Source: an uncultured Eubacteriales bacterium
Lineage (GTDB): Bacteria; Bacillota; Clostridia; Lachnospirales; CAG-274
Assembly (NCBI GenBank): GCA_905201505.1
Contig: CAJKOJ010000001.1
Coordinates: 8,723 to 72,722, forward strand
Reading direction: 5' to 3'
Length of the DNA stretch: 64,000 bases
Part shown: positions 16,534-27,148 of the stretch, piece after piece
Layout: each line of letters begins with the position of its first letter
Position numbering within the stretch: the first letter of the stretch is position 1
The notes under the pieces: model-generated
Database searches by the model: none
What the model saw: only the letters and a program-made list of their open reading frames with translations
What the model was told of the DNA's origin: nothing
Translations under genes and position numbers: made by a program

Positions 16534-18903
16534 ATGAGTATTAAAATAGCAATTGCGGGTAATCCAAACTGTGGAAAGACGACTTTATTTAATGCACTGA
16601 CAGGTTCAAACCAATTTGTAGGTAACTGGCCAGGGGTAACTGTTGAAAAAAAAGAGGGTAAACTAAGGTTTAATAATAAGGTTACTATAATTGATTTACC
16701 GGGTATTTATTCGTTGTCACCATATACTCTTGAAGAAGTTGTTGCAAGAACTTACCTTATTAATGAAAGACCTGATGTAATATTAAATATTGTAGACGGC
16801 ACTAACCTTGAAAGAAATTTATATTTGACAACACAGCTGACTGAGATTGGTATACCTGTTGTAATAGCTGTTAATATGATGGATATTGTAAGAAAAACAG
16901 GCGATAAAATTAATATTAATGAGCTTTCAAGTCAGATGGGCTGCAAGGTTGTTGAAATATCTGCATTAAAAGGTATGGGTATTAAAGAAGCGGCAAATGA
17001 AGCTATAAAGGCAGCAAGTTTAGCAAAGACAGTTCCAATGCATACTTTCAGTGGGGAAACAGAACACGCAATTGCTCATATTGAAGAGGCCTTAAAGGGA
17101 AAGGTTGATGATGAACAGGAGAGGTGGTTTGCAATTAAGGCTTTTGAGCGGGATGAAAAAGTTATGGCTCAGCTCAAACTTAATGACAGTGTATTAAAAA
17201 ATATTGAAGAGATTATAAGCGGCGTTGAAGATGAACTGGACGATGACAGTGAAAGCATTATTACAAACGAAAGATATGTATACATTGCAGATATGCTTAA
17301 AGGTACATATATGAAGAAAAACAAAGGCTGTCTGACTGTATCGGATAAAATTGACAGAGTTGTTACTAACAAATTTCTGGCACTGCCTATATTTGCAGCA
17401 GTGATGTTTGTTGTATACTATATATCTGTAACAACTGTTGGTACATGGGTAACAGATTGGACTAATGACGGATTATTTGGAGATGGTTTCTTTTTCCTTA
17501 ATCATGGTAAAGATGCTTATGAGGAAGCTGCAGGTAAATTTGACAGAGCAGAGCAAATACTTGCTGCCCTGGAGGAAGGTCATAATACAGTTGAAATAAA
17601 TGATGAAAACGGGGAAGTTGTTGAAGAGGTGACAATTACTGATGAAATAATTGAAAAAGCAGCGGCTGTTAAAGAGCCTGATCAATCAAATTATGGGTGG
17701 TGGGTACCGGGTGTACCTGTGTTAGTTGGGAATATACTTGAGAGTATAGGCTGTGCCGAATGGCTGTCTGCACTTATACTTGACGGTATTGTTGCAGGTG
17801 TCGGTGCTGTTCTTGGCTTTGTTCCTCAGATGATGGTGCTTTTTGCCTTTCTTGCTTTTCTTGAATCCTGTGGTTATATGGCAAGGATTGCATTTATTAT
17901 GGATAGGATATTTAGAAAATTCGGACTTTCAGGAAAGTCATTTATACCAATGCTTATTGGTACAGGCTGCGGTGTGCCGGGTATAATGGCGTCAAGAACA
18001 ATTGAAAATGACAGAGACAGAAAAATGACAATAATGACAACAACATTTATACCATGCGGTGCAAAGCTTCCGATAATTGCTCTTATTGCAGGAGCTTTGT
18101 TCGGCGGTGCATGGTGGGTATCTCCAAGTGCGTATTTTGTAGGCATTGCGGCTATTGTTATATCTGGTGTTATATTAAAGAAAACAAGAATGTTTGCCGG
18201 TGATCCGGCACCCTTTGTTATGGAACTTCCGTCATATCATTGGCCTACAGTGAATAATGTGTTGAGAAGTATGTGGGAGAGAGGCTGGTCATTTATTAAA
18301 AAGGCAGGTACAATTATTTTGCTTGCAACTATATTAGTTTGGTTTTTGTCAGGATATGGCTTTAAAGACGGAAGTTTTGGTGCAGTAGATATGGAGGAAA
18401 GTTTGCTTGCAAGCATTGGAAATTTGTTTGCATGGATATTTAAGCCGCTTGGTTTTGGAGACTGGAAAGCAACAGTTGCTTGTGTAACAGGTTTAATTGC
18501 AAAGGAAAATGTAGTGGGAACATTTGGTGTATTATATGGATTTGCTGAAGTTGCTGAAGACGGTGCTGAGATATGGGGCTCTTTACAAAATGCCTATGCT
18601 CCTGCTGCAGGATATGCTTTTCTTGTATTTAATCTTCTTTGTGCACCTTGCTTTGCTGCAATTGGTGCTATTAAGAGAGACATGAATTCTCCTAAGTGGA
18701 CCGTGTTTGCTATTGCTTATCAGTGTGTATTTGCATATTGTACAGCACTTGTTATTTATCAAACTGCTATGATTTTTGCAGGTACTCCTGATATTATAGG
18801 GTTGATTGTTTCACTTGTTATAATTGCACTTACTCTTTATATGCTGTTCAGACCATATAAGGAAAATAAAGCGTTTAAGAGTAAGTTGAGTATTGAGGCT
18901 TAA
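16534..18903 (+). CDS. feoB: Ferrous iron transporter FeoB
   Basis: N-terminal G-domain (GNPNCGKTTLFN, DLPG, NMMD) followed by a polytopic membrane domain. 789 aa. Confidence 0.9.
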   Translation: MSIKIAIAGNPNCGKTTLFNALTGSNQFVGNWPGVTVEKKEGKLRFNNKVTIIDLPGIYSLSPYTLEEVVARTYLINERPDVILNIVDGTNLERNLYLTTQLTEIGIPVVIAVNMMDIVRKTGDKININELSSQMGCKVVEISALKGMGIKEAANEAIKAASLAKTVPMHTFSGETEHAIAHIEEALKGKVDDEQERWFAIKAFERDEKVMAQLKLNDSVLKNIEEIISGVEDELDDDSESIITNERYVYIADMLKGTYMKKNKGCLTVSDKIDRVVTNKFLALPIFAAVMFVVYYISVTTVGTWVTDWTNDGLFGDGFFFLNHGKDAYEEAAGKFDRAEQILAALEEGHNTVEINDENGEVVEEVTITDEIIEKAAAVKEPDQSNYGWWVPGVPVLVGNILESIGCAEWLSALILDGIVAGVGAVLGFVPQMMVLFAFLAFLESCGYMARIAFIMDRIFRKFGLSGKSFIPMLIGTGCGVPGIMASRTIENDRDRKMTIMTTTFIPCGAKLPIIALIAGALFGGAWWVSPSAYFVGIAAIVISGVILKKTRMFAGDPAPFVMELPSYHWPTVNNVLRSMWERGWSFIKKAGTIILLATILVWFLSGYGFKDGSFGAVDMEESLLASIGNLFAWIFKPLGFGDWKATVACVTGLIAKENVVGTFGVLYGFAEVAEDGAEIWGSLQNAYAPAAGYAFLVFNLLCAPCFAAIGAIKRDMNSPKWTVFAIAYQCVFAYCTALVIYQTAMIFAGTPDIIGLIVSLVIIALTLYMLFRPYKENKAFKSKLSIEA

Positions 18904-18916
18904 GGAGGATTAGTAT

Positions 18917-19063
18917 ATGGGAACTTTTATTGTATGTGCTGTACTAATTTTGGTAGTTGTAATGATTTTAAGAAGTATGATAAAAAAGAGAAAAAACGGC
19001 GGAGGCTGTGGTTGCGGCTGTTCAGGCTGCAGTTGTGCTGATATTTGCCGAAGTAAAAAGTAA
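18917..19063 (+). CDS. Small FeoB-associated Cys-rich membrane protein (48 aa; not in the supplied ORF track)
   Basis: AGGAGG RBS, ATG at 18917. Sequence MGTFIVCAVLILVVVMILRSMIKKRKNGGGCGCGCSGCSCADICRSKK: one TM helix plus a CGCGCSGCSC tail. Confidence 0.75.
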   Translation: MGTFIVCAVLILVVVMILRSMIKKRKNGGGCGCGCSGCSCADICRSKK

Positions 19064-19079
19064 TATTTAAATATATAAG

Positions 19080-19152
19080 AATAAGACTGTTTCAAAAGGT
19101 GAACATATATTTTAAGGTTATAAATGTATGTTATTTGGACAGTCTTATTTTT
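19080..19152 (+). terminator. Long-loop hairpin with T-run after the feo operon
   Basis: AATAAGACTGT (19080..19090) pairs with ACAGTCTTATT (19139..19149), followed by TTT. The loop is about 48 nt. Confidence 0.4.
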
Positions 19153-19216
19153 GTGCAACAAACTTTTATTAAATAAAAAGCTTATTAAAAAATGTAAAAA
19201 TATTTATATAAAACTA

Positions 19217-19245
19217 TTGACAAATTATTAAAGTAGTGGTACAAT
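19217..19245 (+). promoter_or_regulatory. Sigma-A promoter of the RHH-clpB pair
   Basis: TTGACA (19217..19222), 17 nt spacer, TACAAT (19240..19245), preceded by TGG. Confidence 0.6.
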
Positions 19246-19270
19246 ATCATTAAAGGTGAGGTGATAGTTT

Positions 19271-19903
19271 GTGAGTAAAAGTGTATATAGTATAGTGCTT
19301 AATGATGCAGTCGTAGAGGCTGTTGATGAAATGGCTTACAGAATGGGTACAAACCGTTCAAATATGATAAATCAAATATTAGCTGAAAAGGTGGCTTATA
19401 TAACACCTGAACAGCATATAAGAAACATTCTTGAAACAGTAGAGGATATTATAACGGGTAAAGATGTTTTTAGAATAATGTCTACTCCCGGAGATACTTC
19501 ACTTATGATAAAAAGTTCTTTTAAGTATAAATATAACCCAAGTGTTAAATATTCTGTTGTACTTAATAAGAACGGTAATTCTGCAAAAGGGGAGCTGAGA
19601 GTTGTATTCAGAACACAAAATGCTGTGCTCCTTGGAGAGCTTAATAATTTTCTTAATATCTGGAATGCTTTAGAGGAAAAATACCAGCAAAGGAAAATAA
19701 GGTATATACAGTCTAACGGCAAATATATAAGAGAGCTTAACTTACCAAGTAATGAATATGACGAAAATCAAATAGGAGAGATGATTTCTGAGTATATTAC
19801 AGGTTTTGATAAAATTATGAAATTATACTTTGCAGAGGAGAGTATAGAAAATATTGAGAGAGAATATGTAAAGTTTTATAATAAGTGTATTTTTAAAATT
19901 TGA
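19271..19903 (+). CDS. Uncharacterised protein with N-terminal ribbon-helix-helix (CopG/Arc-like) motif
   Basis: GTG start after GGTGAGG. The N-terminus YSIVLNDAVVEAVDEMAYRMGTNRSNMINQILAEKV fits a strand-helix-helix pattern. About 160 aa follow with no motif I recognise. Confidence 0.5.
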   Translation: MSKSVYSIVLNDAVVEAVDEMAYRMGTNRSNMINQILAEKVAYITPEQHIRNILETVEDIITGKDVFRIMSTPGDTSLMIKSSFKYKYNPSVKYSVVLNKNGNSAKGELRVVFRTQNAVLLGELNNFLNIWNALEEKYQQRKIRYIQSNGKYIRELNLPSNEYDENQIGEMISEYITGFDKIMKLYFAEESIENIEREYVKFYNKCIFKI

Positions 19904-19925
19904 CCTTTAGAAAGGGGCGTTGTAT

Positions 19926-22529
19926 ATGAATATGAATAAGATGACACAGAAATCTTTGGAAGCTTTGCAGTTAGCTCAGACACTGGCTGTGGAAAACAGT
20001 AATCAGCAAATTGAACAGGCACATTTACTTTATGCCCTGATTTCTCAGGACGGCGGAGTTTGTGCTGAACTGTTTATAAAAATGGGTATTGATATTGGCA
20101 GCTTTGGAGCGGCTGTAAAAAAAGTTATTGAAGGATTTCCTAAAGTTGGTGGAAGTGCAAGAGAGCAGGGGAAAATATATATATCAAATGATATGGACAA
20201 AGCCTTGGCTGATGCTGAAAGAACTGCATCCAAAATGGGCGATGATTATGTATCAGTTGAGCATCTTATGCTTGGTATTATTAATAATCCTGACAGCAGA
20301 ATAAAGGAAATATTTAAGACATTTAATGTGGAAAAGGACAGATTCTTAACTGCTTTAAAGGCTGTAAGAGGAAATGCAAGAGTAACTACTGATAATCCTG
20401 AATCAACTTATGATGTGCTTAATAAATATGGTCAAGACTTGGTAGCTATGGCTGAAAAAGGGAAACTTGACCCAGTTATTGGCAGAGATACTGAAATAAG
20501 AAATGTAATAAGAATATTATCAAGAAAGACTAAAAACAATCCTGTGTTAATTGGTGAGCCCGGAGTTGGTAAAACTGCAATAGCAGAGGGTCTTGCTTTG
20601 AGAATAGTCAAAGGTGATGTGCCGGACAATATTAAGGACAGAAGAATATTTTCTCTTGATATGGGTGCTCTCATTGCAGGAGCTAAATATCAGGGTGAAT
20701 TTGAAGAAAGATTAAAGGCTGTTTTGCAGGAGGTAAAAAAATCCGAGGGCAAAATAATAATGTTCATTGATGAACTGCACACAATTGTTGGTGCCGGTAA
20801 AGGTCAGGGGGCTATGGACGCAGGCAATTTGTTAAAGCCTATGCTTGCCAGAGGTGAACTTCACTGTATAGGTGCAACTACTCTTAATGAGTACAGGCAG
20901 TATATTGAAAAGGATGCTGCTCTTGAAAGACGTTTTCAGCCTGTAATGGTCGATGAGCCTACTGTTGAGGATACCATATCTATACTTAGAGGTCTAAAAG
21001 AAAGATATGAGGTATACCATGGTGTTAAAATTCAGGACCAGGCTTTAATTGCTGCTGCAACACTTTCAAACAGATATATAACAGACAGATTTTTACCTGA
21101 TAAGGCGATAGACCTTGTTGATGAAGCTTGTGCGACAATCAAGACAGAAATGAATTCAATGCCTGCTGAGCTTGATGAGATTTCAAGAAAGATTATGCAG
21201 CACGAAATTGAAGAAGCTGCACTTAAAAAGGAAGATGACAAGCTTTCAAAGGAACAGCTTGAAAATGTGCAAAAGGAGCTTGCGGAATACAGAAGTCAGT
21301 TTGCTGCTATGAAAGCACAGTGGGAAAATGAAATGGCTGACATTAACAAAGTACAGAAGTTAAGGGAACAGATTGAAGAAGTTACAAAGCAGATTGAGGT
21401 TGCTGAGAGAAATTATAATCTTGATGAAGCTGCAAAACTTAAATACGGTAAACTTCCTGAACTGCAAAAACAGCTGGAGGCTGAAGAAAGCAGGGGAGAA
21501 AGCGGTACAAGAGAGAATAAAATTTTAAGAGATAAGGTAACTGAAGAGGAAATTGCTAAAATTGTTGGCAGATGGACAGGTATACCTGTATCAAAGCTTG
21601 TTGAAGGAGAAAGGCAAAAGCTTTTGCATCTTGACAATATACTTCATGAAAGAGTTATAGGTCAGGATGAAGCTGTTGAAAAAGTATGCGAGGCTATTAT
21701 ACGTTCAAGAGCAGGCATTCAGGACCCTGACAGACCTATTGGTTCATTTCTGTTTTTGGGACCTACAGGTGTTGGTAAAACTGAGCTTGCAAAGGCTCTT
21801 GCAGAGGCATTATTTGATGATGAAAAAAATATAGTAAGAATTGATATGTCTGAGTATATGGAAAAGTATAGTGTATCAAGACTTATAGGTGCACCTCCTG
21901 GATATGTAGGATATGAGGAGGGCGGACAGCTTACAGAAGCTGTTAGAAGAAAGCCTTATTCAGTGGTCCTTTTTGATGAAATTGAAAAGGCACATCCTGA
22001 TGTATTTAACGTGCTTTTGCAGGTGCTTGATGACGGCAGAATTACAGATTCACAGGGAAGAACTGTTGACTTTAAAAATACAATAATTATTCTTACATCA
22101 AATCTTGGTTCAAACTTTATACTTGAGGGTATACAGTCTGACAATACTATTAGCGAAGAGGCTAAAGCCCAGGTGAGCAATTTGCTTAAAACAAGTTTCA
22201 GACCTGAGTTTTTGAACAGACTTGATGAAATTGTATTCTATAAACCGCTGGCTAAAGATGAAATTGGTTTTATTGTTGATCTTATGCTTAAAGATTTGAA
22301 TAAGAGAATTGCACATAAACAGGTTTCTATTGAAGTCAGTGACAAAGCTAAACAGTATATTATTGACTGTGGATATGACCCTGTGTATGGTGCCAGACCT
22401 TTGAGAAGATTTATACAGTCTAAGGTTGAAACATTGGTAGGAAGAATGATTATTGCAAATGATATAAAACCTGACAGTATTATTTATATTGATTATGACG
22501 GCAGTGGACTTTATGCAGATATAAAATAA
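19926..22529 (+). CDS. clpB: Chaperone disaggregase ClpB
   Basis: Two AAA+ modules ([18 protein letters not shown]) separated by a long coiled-coil M-domain. ATG 19926 follows AAAGGGG. Confidence 0.9.
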   Translation: MNMNKMTQKSLEALQLAQTLAVENSNQQIEQAHLLYALISQDGGVCAELFIKMGIDIGSFGAAVKKVIEGFPKVGGSAREQGKIYISNDMDKALADAERTASKMGDDYVSVEHLMLGIINNPDSRIKEIFKTFNVEKDRFLTALKAVRGNARVTTDNPESTYDVLNKYGQDLVAMAEKGKLDPVIGRDTEIRNVIRILSRKTKNNPVLIGEPGVGKTAIAEGLALRIVKGDVPDNIKDRRIFSLDMGALIAGAKYQGEFEERLKAVLQEVKKSEGKIIMFIDELHTIVGAGKGQGAMDAGNLLKPMLARGELHCIGATTLNEYRQYIEKDAALERRFQPVMVDEPTVEDTISILRGLKERYEVYHGVKIQDQALIAAATLSNRYITDRFLPDKAIDLVDEACATIKTEMNSMPAELDEISRKIMQHEIEEAALKKEDDKLSKEQLENVQKELAEYRSQFAAMKAQWENEMADINKVQKLREQIEEVTKQIEVAERNYNLDEAAKLKYGKLPELQKQLEAEESRGESGTRENKILRDKVTEEEIAKIVGRWTGIPVSKLVEGERQKLLHLDNILHERVIGQDEAVEKVCEAIIRSRAGIQDPDRPIGSFLFLGPTGVGKTELAKALAEALFDDEKNIVRIDMSEYMEKYSVSRLIGAPPGYVGYEEGGQLTEAVRRKPYSVVLFDEIEKAHPDVFNVLLQVLDDGRITDSQGRTVDFKNTIIILTSNLGSNFILEGIQSDNTISEEAKAQVSNLLKTSFRPEFLNRLDEIVFYKPLAKDEIGFIVDLMLKDLNKRIAHKQVSIEVSDKAKQYIIDCGYDPVYGARPLRRFIQSKVETLVGRMIIANDIKPDSIIYIDYDGSGLYADIK

Positions 22530-22760
22530 TATTTTAATTAATAATTATGGTATAAACTCAAAATGGTTCGACAAAAAAATACATTTTATTACTAAAAAGC
22601 TGCAATTTATGACAAATATATTTTGTACAATAAAATTATGGTATTATATGGATATATGGAACATACCTGATAGCTAATATTTTATCCAATTTTGCTTTTA
22701 ATTCATATGTATAAAGTTTTGTGTAAGTAAAAAGAAGTTTTGTACATGGTATGTTTCATT

Positions 22761-22787
22761 AAAAAGGCTGCATTATGCAGCCTTTTT
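22761..22787. terminator. Bidirectional rho-independent terminator
   Basis: AAAAAGGCTGCA-tta-TGCAGCCTTTTT: A-tract and T-tract flank a perfect 7-bp GC-rich stem. Confidence 0.85.
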
Positions 22788-22828
22788 CCTGTTTAAAAAA
22801 CAAGTATAGTATAGTTTATATGCGTACT

Positions 22829-23974
22829 TTAGCTTAACCACATTTGAAGAAGTCTTGAAATATTTTTGGTTAGGTTTGCTTTTTCAATGTCCTCATTTGC
22901 TACTACGTTGGTACGTGCTATTTCTTTATTATTAGTGTAGTAAATGATTTCCCCTAATTTATCACCTTTTTTTACAGGTGCATTTATGCTTTCTTCTAAT
23001 TCAACCTTGCAATCAAGTTCTGACTTGTTTTCTTTTGGAGTAACTATATTAACAGGAGATGCAACTGCACCGTTTACCTTATCTGTCATACCTTTGTATA
23101 CAGGTACCTGTCCTACGATTTCCCCTGCTTTTTTACCATTTTGCAATCTGTAATTTGCAAATCCGTAGTCAAGAAGTTTCATAGTTGTCTGAAATCTGGC
23201 TTTTGGGTTGGGTGCTGCCATTACAACAGCTATAAGTTCCATACCATCCCTTAAAGCTGTGCCTGAAAGGCAGTAAAGAGCTTTTCCTGTTGATCCTGTT
23301 TTTAAACCTGTTGCATCCTTGTACCACTTAATAAGTTTATTTGTATTTGTCAGACCAAATTCTGTTGTACCTTTTGATGTGGTATGAGTAATTGTATCCT
23401 GCCAGGTGGTTGTATATTTTTTTATGTCTGGATACTTTGTGATTAATTCACGGCTCATAATTGCAATATCTTTTGCACTCATTTTATGTCCTTCTGTATC
23501 AAGTCCGCAGGCATTTACAAAAGTAGCATTTTTCATGCCTATTTTTTTTGCTTTTTCATTCATCATATTTACAAAACTCTCTTCACTGCCTGCAATAAAT
23601 TCTGCCATTGCAACAGCAGCATCGTTTGCTGATGCAATAGCTATTGACTTTGTAAGAGTTTCTACACTTTGCTGCTCATTGGGTTCAAGGAAAATCTGTG
23701 AACCGCCCATACTTGCAGCATGTTCTGATACGGAAACCATATCTTCCCATTTAATTTTACCTGAATTGACGGCATCATAAATTAAAAGCAGCGTCATAAT
23801 TTTAGTAACACTTGCAGGCGGAAGGGGTTCGTCTGAATTGCTTTCCGATAGAATTGTACCTGTAGAAGCCTCCATTAATATATAAGACTTTGCATCTATA
23901 GCAGGCGGTTCTGCATAAACTGATGCTGTAAATAATGATAGTGTCAATGTAAATGCTATGAGTTTTTTTAGCAT
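22829..23974 (-). CDS. D-alanyl-D-alanine carboxypeptidase (S11, PBP5/6-like)
   Basis: Signal peptide, SVTKIM (SxxK) motif, C-terminal PBP5_C-like domain. Confidence 0.85.
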   Translation of the reverse strand: MLKKLIAFTLTLSLFTASVYAEPPAIDAKSYILMEASTGTILSESNSDEPLPPASVTKIMTLLLIYDAVNSGKIKWEDMVSVSEHAASMGGSQIFLEPNEQQSVETLTKSIAIASANDAAVAMAEFIAGSEESFVNMMNEKAKKIGMKNATFVNACGLDTEGHKMSAKDIAIMSRELITKYPDIKKYTTTWQDTITHTTSKGTTEFGLTNTNKLIKWYKDATGLKTGSTGKALYCLSGTALRDGMELIAVVMAAPNPKARFQTTMKLLDYGFANYRLQNGKKAGEIVGQVPVYKGMTDKVNGAVASPVNIVTPKENKSELDCKVELEESINAPVKKGDKLGEIIYYTNNKEIARTNVVANEDIEKANLTKNISRLLQMWLS

Positions 23975-24226
23975 AAAAAATACCTCCTCTTAATTTGCAA
24001 TCTGTAAACAATTTGTTCTAGTCTGCATTTCTTAGAAAGTATTTTTTGTAATTTATATAAATTTATACATTAAAGTAAATAGATACATCAAATAGAAAAT
24101 AAACAATAATATAAAACTATGTTTTGATTGTTATTCTTTGCAAGACACAAATAACTTTATATAATGTCTTAATAGTTTAAATTTGCAACTTGTTGAGCAA
24201 ACTGTCATTTCTGAAAATATGTTTAT

Positions 24227-24892
24227 TTATAAAACATAAATAATAACGGAAAAGAAATGAACAATGCTTCCCAGTACTACAAAAATATGAAAAATGTTGT
24301 GTGCATATTTCCTTTTAAAACTATATATTACAGCACCGAGTGTATAAAGAACGCCGCCAAGGACAAGAAGAACTATTCCGGGAACCGCAAGTCCTGCTGC
24401 AAGATATTTATAAAAGAAAATAATAGTCCATCCCATACCTATGTAACATACCATAGAAAGTTTTTTTGTACGCTCAAGGTCAATTGCTGTAAGGGTTGTT
24501 GCAATTGCTACAAGTATCCATTCTATTCCAAATATTATCCAGCATACAGCGGGGCTTTGCTCGCGGATTGTACAGAAGATAAAAGGCATATAAGAACCGG
24601 CAATCATAAAGTATATTGTACAGTGGTCAATAATTTGAAATACCTTTTTGGCAGTTCCGGGTTTTAAACCGTGGTATATGCTGGACATAGTATAAAGTGA
24701 AATCATTGTGACGCCATAAATACAAGACGCTACAACTCCCCACGGATTATGATGCAATGCTGATACTATAATACAAAGTACCATAGCAATTATAGATAAT
24801 CCTCCCCCTACTATATGGCTGACCATATTAAATATTTCCTCGCCTTTGGAATATTCGGGAAGAATTCTGTCAGAAAGTTTTGTTCTAAACAT
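24227..24892 (-). CDS. Hemolysin III / PAQR family membrane protein
   Basis: Seven predicted TM segments and His-rich conserved motifs (HIVG, IDHCTIY, HIFVVLG). Start moved to ATG 24892, after GGAGG. Confidence 0.8.
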   Translation of the reverse strand: MFRTKLSDRILPEYSKGEEIFNMVSHIVGGGLSIIAMVLCIIVSALHHNPWGVVASCIYGVTMISLYTMSSIYHGLKPGTAKKVFQIIDHCTIYFMIAGSYMPFIFCTIREQSPAVCWIIFGIEWILVAIATTLTAIDLERTKKLSMVCYIGMGWTIIFFYKYLAAGLAVPGIVLLVLGGVLYTLGAVIYSFKRKYAHNIFHIFVVLGSIVHFFSVIIYVL

Positions 24893-24917
24893 AGAAAATA
24901 CCTCCAATAGTTAATAT

Positions 24918-24946
24918 AAGGGCTTTTGCGAAAGCAAAAAGCCCTT
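24918..24946 (-). terminator. Hairpin after ftsZ
   Basis: AAGGGCTTTTGC-gaaa-GCAAAAAGCCCTT with one bulge. The U-tail is weak. Confidence 0.5.
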
Positions 24947-24956
24947 AATAAACAAA

Positions 24957-26081
24957 TTATCTTCTTCTTAAAAAAGTAGGAATAATTAAATCGCTTGATG
25001 TGTCCTCTTCATCTTCCTGTGCTGACTGAGGAGCAGGTGTTGAATAAGATGAAGTTCTAAATGATGAAGGAGCAGGAGCTGAAACTGTCTTAGGGGCTTC
25101 AGGCTGTGCTGCTTTTGGCTGTACTCTTGAGCCATCTTCAGATATAAGACCTGTTGCTATAACAGTAACTTTAACTTTGTCTCCCATATTTTCATCAACT
25201 ACTGTACCGAAGATAAATTCAGCCTCAGGGTCAAGAGCTTCAGAAATAAGCTCTGCAGCTGCATTAGCTTCAATAAGGTTAAGTTCAGGTCCGCTTGTAA
25301 AGTTGACAATAACACTCTTTGCACCGTCAATAGAAGTTTCAAGCAATGGTGATGTAATAGCCATTTTTGCAGCTTCCTGAATATCATCAGCCTCACCAAT
25401 ACCAAAGTGTGCAAGTCCCTGATTTGAAATAACAGTACATACATCAGCAAAGTCGACATTAATTTCACCAGGCTTTGTAATAAGGTCAGAAATACCTGTA
25501 ACACCCTGATTTAATACGCTGTCAGCCATTGCAAAAGCTTCACCCATTGTAGTTGACTTGTCTGCTGTTTCAATTAACTTCTGGTTTGGTATTACAAGAA
25601 GTGTATCAACATATTCCTTTAAATTTTCAATACCCTGAAGAGCATATTTCATTCTCTTAGGTCCTTCAAACTTAAAAGGCTTTGTAACTACTGCAACAGT
25701 AAGTATACCCATTTCTCTAGCTATTCTCGCTACAACCGGTGCTGCACCTGTACCTGTACCGCCGCCCATACCGGCAGTAATAAATGCCATATCAACACCC
25801 TCAAGAGCTTGTGAGATTTCAGCTGCAGTTTCCTCAGCTGCTTTTTCTCCAACTTCGGGTCTGCCTCCGGCACCTAAGCCTTTTGTAAGTTTTGCACCTA
25901 TTTTAATCTTCTTTTTAGCAGCTGAATTTTCAAGAGCTGTTGAATCTGTGTTAACTGTAATAAAGTCAATAGCTTCGGGATTAGAGGAAAGCATTCTGTT
26001 TACGGCATTGCAGCCACCGCCTCCTACACCAAGAACTACTATCTTGGCAACATCGTTCATTTCATTAAGAACCTCAATCAT
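24957..26081 (-). CDS. ftsZ: Cell division protein FtsZ
   Basis: [13 protein letters not shown] and [11 protein letters not shown] tubulin signature. Disordered C-terminal linker ending in a [11 protein letters not shown] tail. Confidence 0.95.
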   Translation of the reverse strand: MIEVLNEMNDVAKIVVLGVGGGGCNAVNRMLSSNPEAIDFITVNTDSTALENSAAKKKIKIGAKLTKGLGAGGRPEVGEKAAEETAAEISQALEGVDMAFITAGMGGGTGTGAAPVVARIAREMGILTVAVVTKPFKFEGPKRMKYALQGIENLKEYVDTLLVIPNQKLIETADKSTTMGEAFAMADSVLNQGVTGISDLITKPGEINVDFADVCTVISNQGLAHFGIGEADDIQEAAKMAITSPLLETSIDGAKSVIVNFTSGPELNLIEANAAAELISEALDPEAEFIFGTVVDENMGDKVKVTVIATGLISEDGSRVQPKAAQPEAPKTVSAPAPSSFRTSSYSTPAPQSAQEDEEDTSSDLIIPTFLRRR

Positions 26082-26149
26082 GGTATACCTCCTATGTATC
26101 TCTCCATATATATTAAAAAATATCCTTGTTTACATAATATAATAAACCA

Positions 26150-26171
26150 ATTACATTATAATTACATTATA
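26150..26171. repeat. Tandem 11-bp direct repeat ATTACATTATA x2 upstream of ftsZ
   Basis: On the ftsZ (minus) strand it reads TATAATGTAAT TATAATGTAAT, giving two phased TATAAT boxes. Confidence 0.7.
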
Positions 26172-26272
26172 TTGTAACCTTTTTTATTTCATATTTCAAG
26201 AGGAAAATAATATATTTTTTGAACTTTGTTGGATTTAGCCAAAAAAGCACAAAATTTTACACAAAAATATAA

Positions 26273-27007
26273 TTAAAGCATATATTTGTAAGTTGCTTTG
26301 TCAGCAGTCAGATTAATGGTACCCGGTACACTTGTGTCAAAAGTTTTAAGCACCTCAATAAGCATTAAAAGTTTCCTGTTCGCATCATCGAAACTTCCGA
26401 ATTTAATATCTACATTTCCTGTATAAAGATGTATATCAGATACATCTGTCATATCAACTCTTATAACATCTGACAAAAGTTCATATTTTTCAAATAGTTT
26501 AGATAAATGAACCATTGTTTCAAATGTTGACGGATTGTCTACCTGTAAAATTTCGCCAACGGTTACATTGCTGAATTTAAGTCCTTCAACTACAGGAAGA
26601 GCCTTTGTAATGGATTTTTGAACGTCAAGAACCCTGCCCTCACCGTCTATAAATAGATAGCTGCCTGAATAAGGGACATATCCCCTCAATTTATATTCAT
26701 TTATTGTAATTTCTACTGTTGAGGGCAGTATTCTGTTTATTTCTACACTTTTAACATAATGATTGTTAAGTATTGTTTCTGCACATTTTGATTTATTAAA
26801 AAGGAAGACGTTGTCACCTTCTTTAAATGACAAATAGCCTTTGACTTGTTCCTGTGTAAGAGCTTCATTTCCAGTAACTCTGATTTCTTTTATATTAAAA
26901 AACGGCATCATAAAAAGTGTAATCATTACTGCCATTATTACAAGGCAGCAGAATGCAACAGGTATTGCCGCTGAATTCTTTTTTCTTGTCCTTTTCTGCA
27001 TAAACAT
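26273..27007 (-). CDS. divIB: Cell division protein DivIB/FtsQ
   Basis: N-terminal TM segment; POTRA-like region (FNIKEIRVTGNEALTQEQV). Confidence 0.75.
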   Translation of the reverse strand: MFMQKRTRKKNSAAIPVAFCCLVIMAVMITLFMMPFFNIKEIRVTGNEALTQEQVKGYLSFKEGDNVFLFNKSKCAETILNNHYVKSVEINRILPSTVEITINEYKLRGYVPYSGSYLFIDGEGRVLDVQKSITKALPVVEGLKFSNVTVGEILQVDNPSTFETMVHLSKLFEKYELLSDVIRVDMTDVSDIHLYTGNVDIKFGSFDDANRKLLMLIEVLKTFDTSVPGTINLTADKATYKYML

Positions 27008-27148
27008 TCTCCTTATGATTAAAATCGGGTTTATAATTTATTGTAAACTTTGTTTAAGGTATTGTCAATAGGTGTATTTAGGATTTGATTGAATAAAAAT
27101 AGTATGGTATAATTATAACAGATAACTAAACAATGGAGATGATATGCA

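Noticed and set aside
18910-19161. 83-aa minus-strand ORF containing QPEQPQPQPPP.
   Set aside because: It is the antisense strand of the small Cys-rich feo-associated gene and of the feo terminator. The Pro/Gln run is just the complement of Gly/Cys codons.
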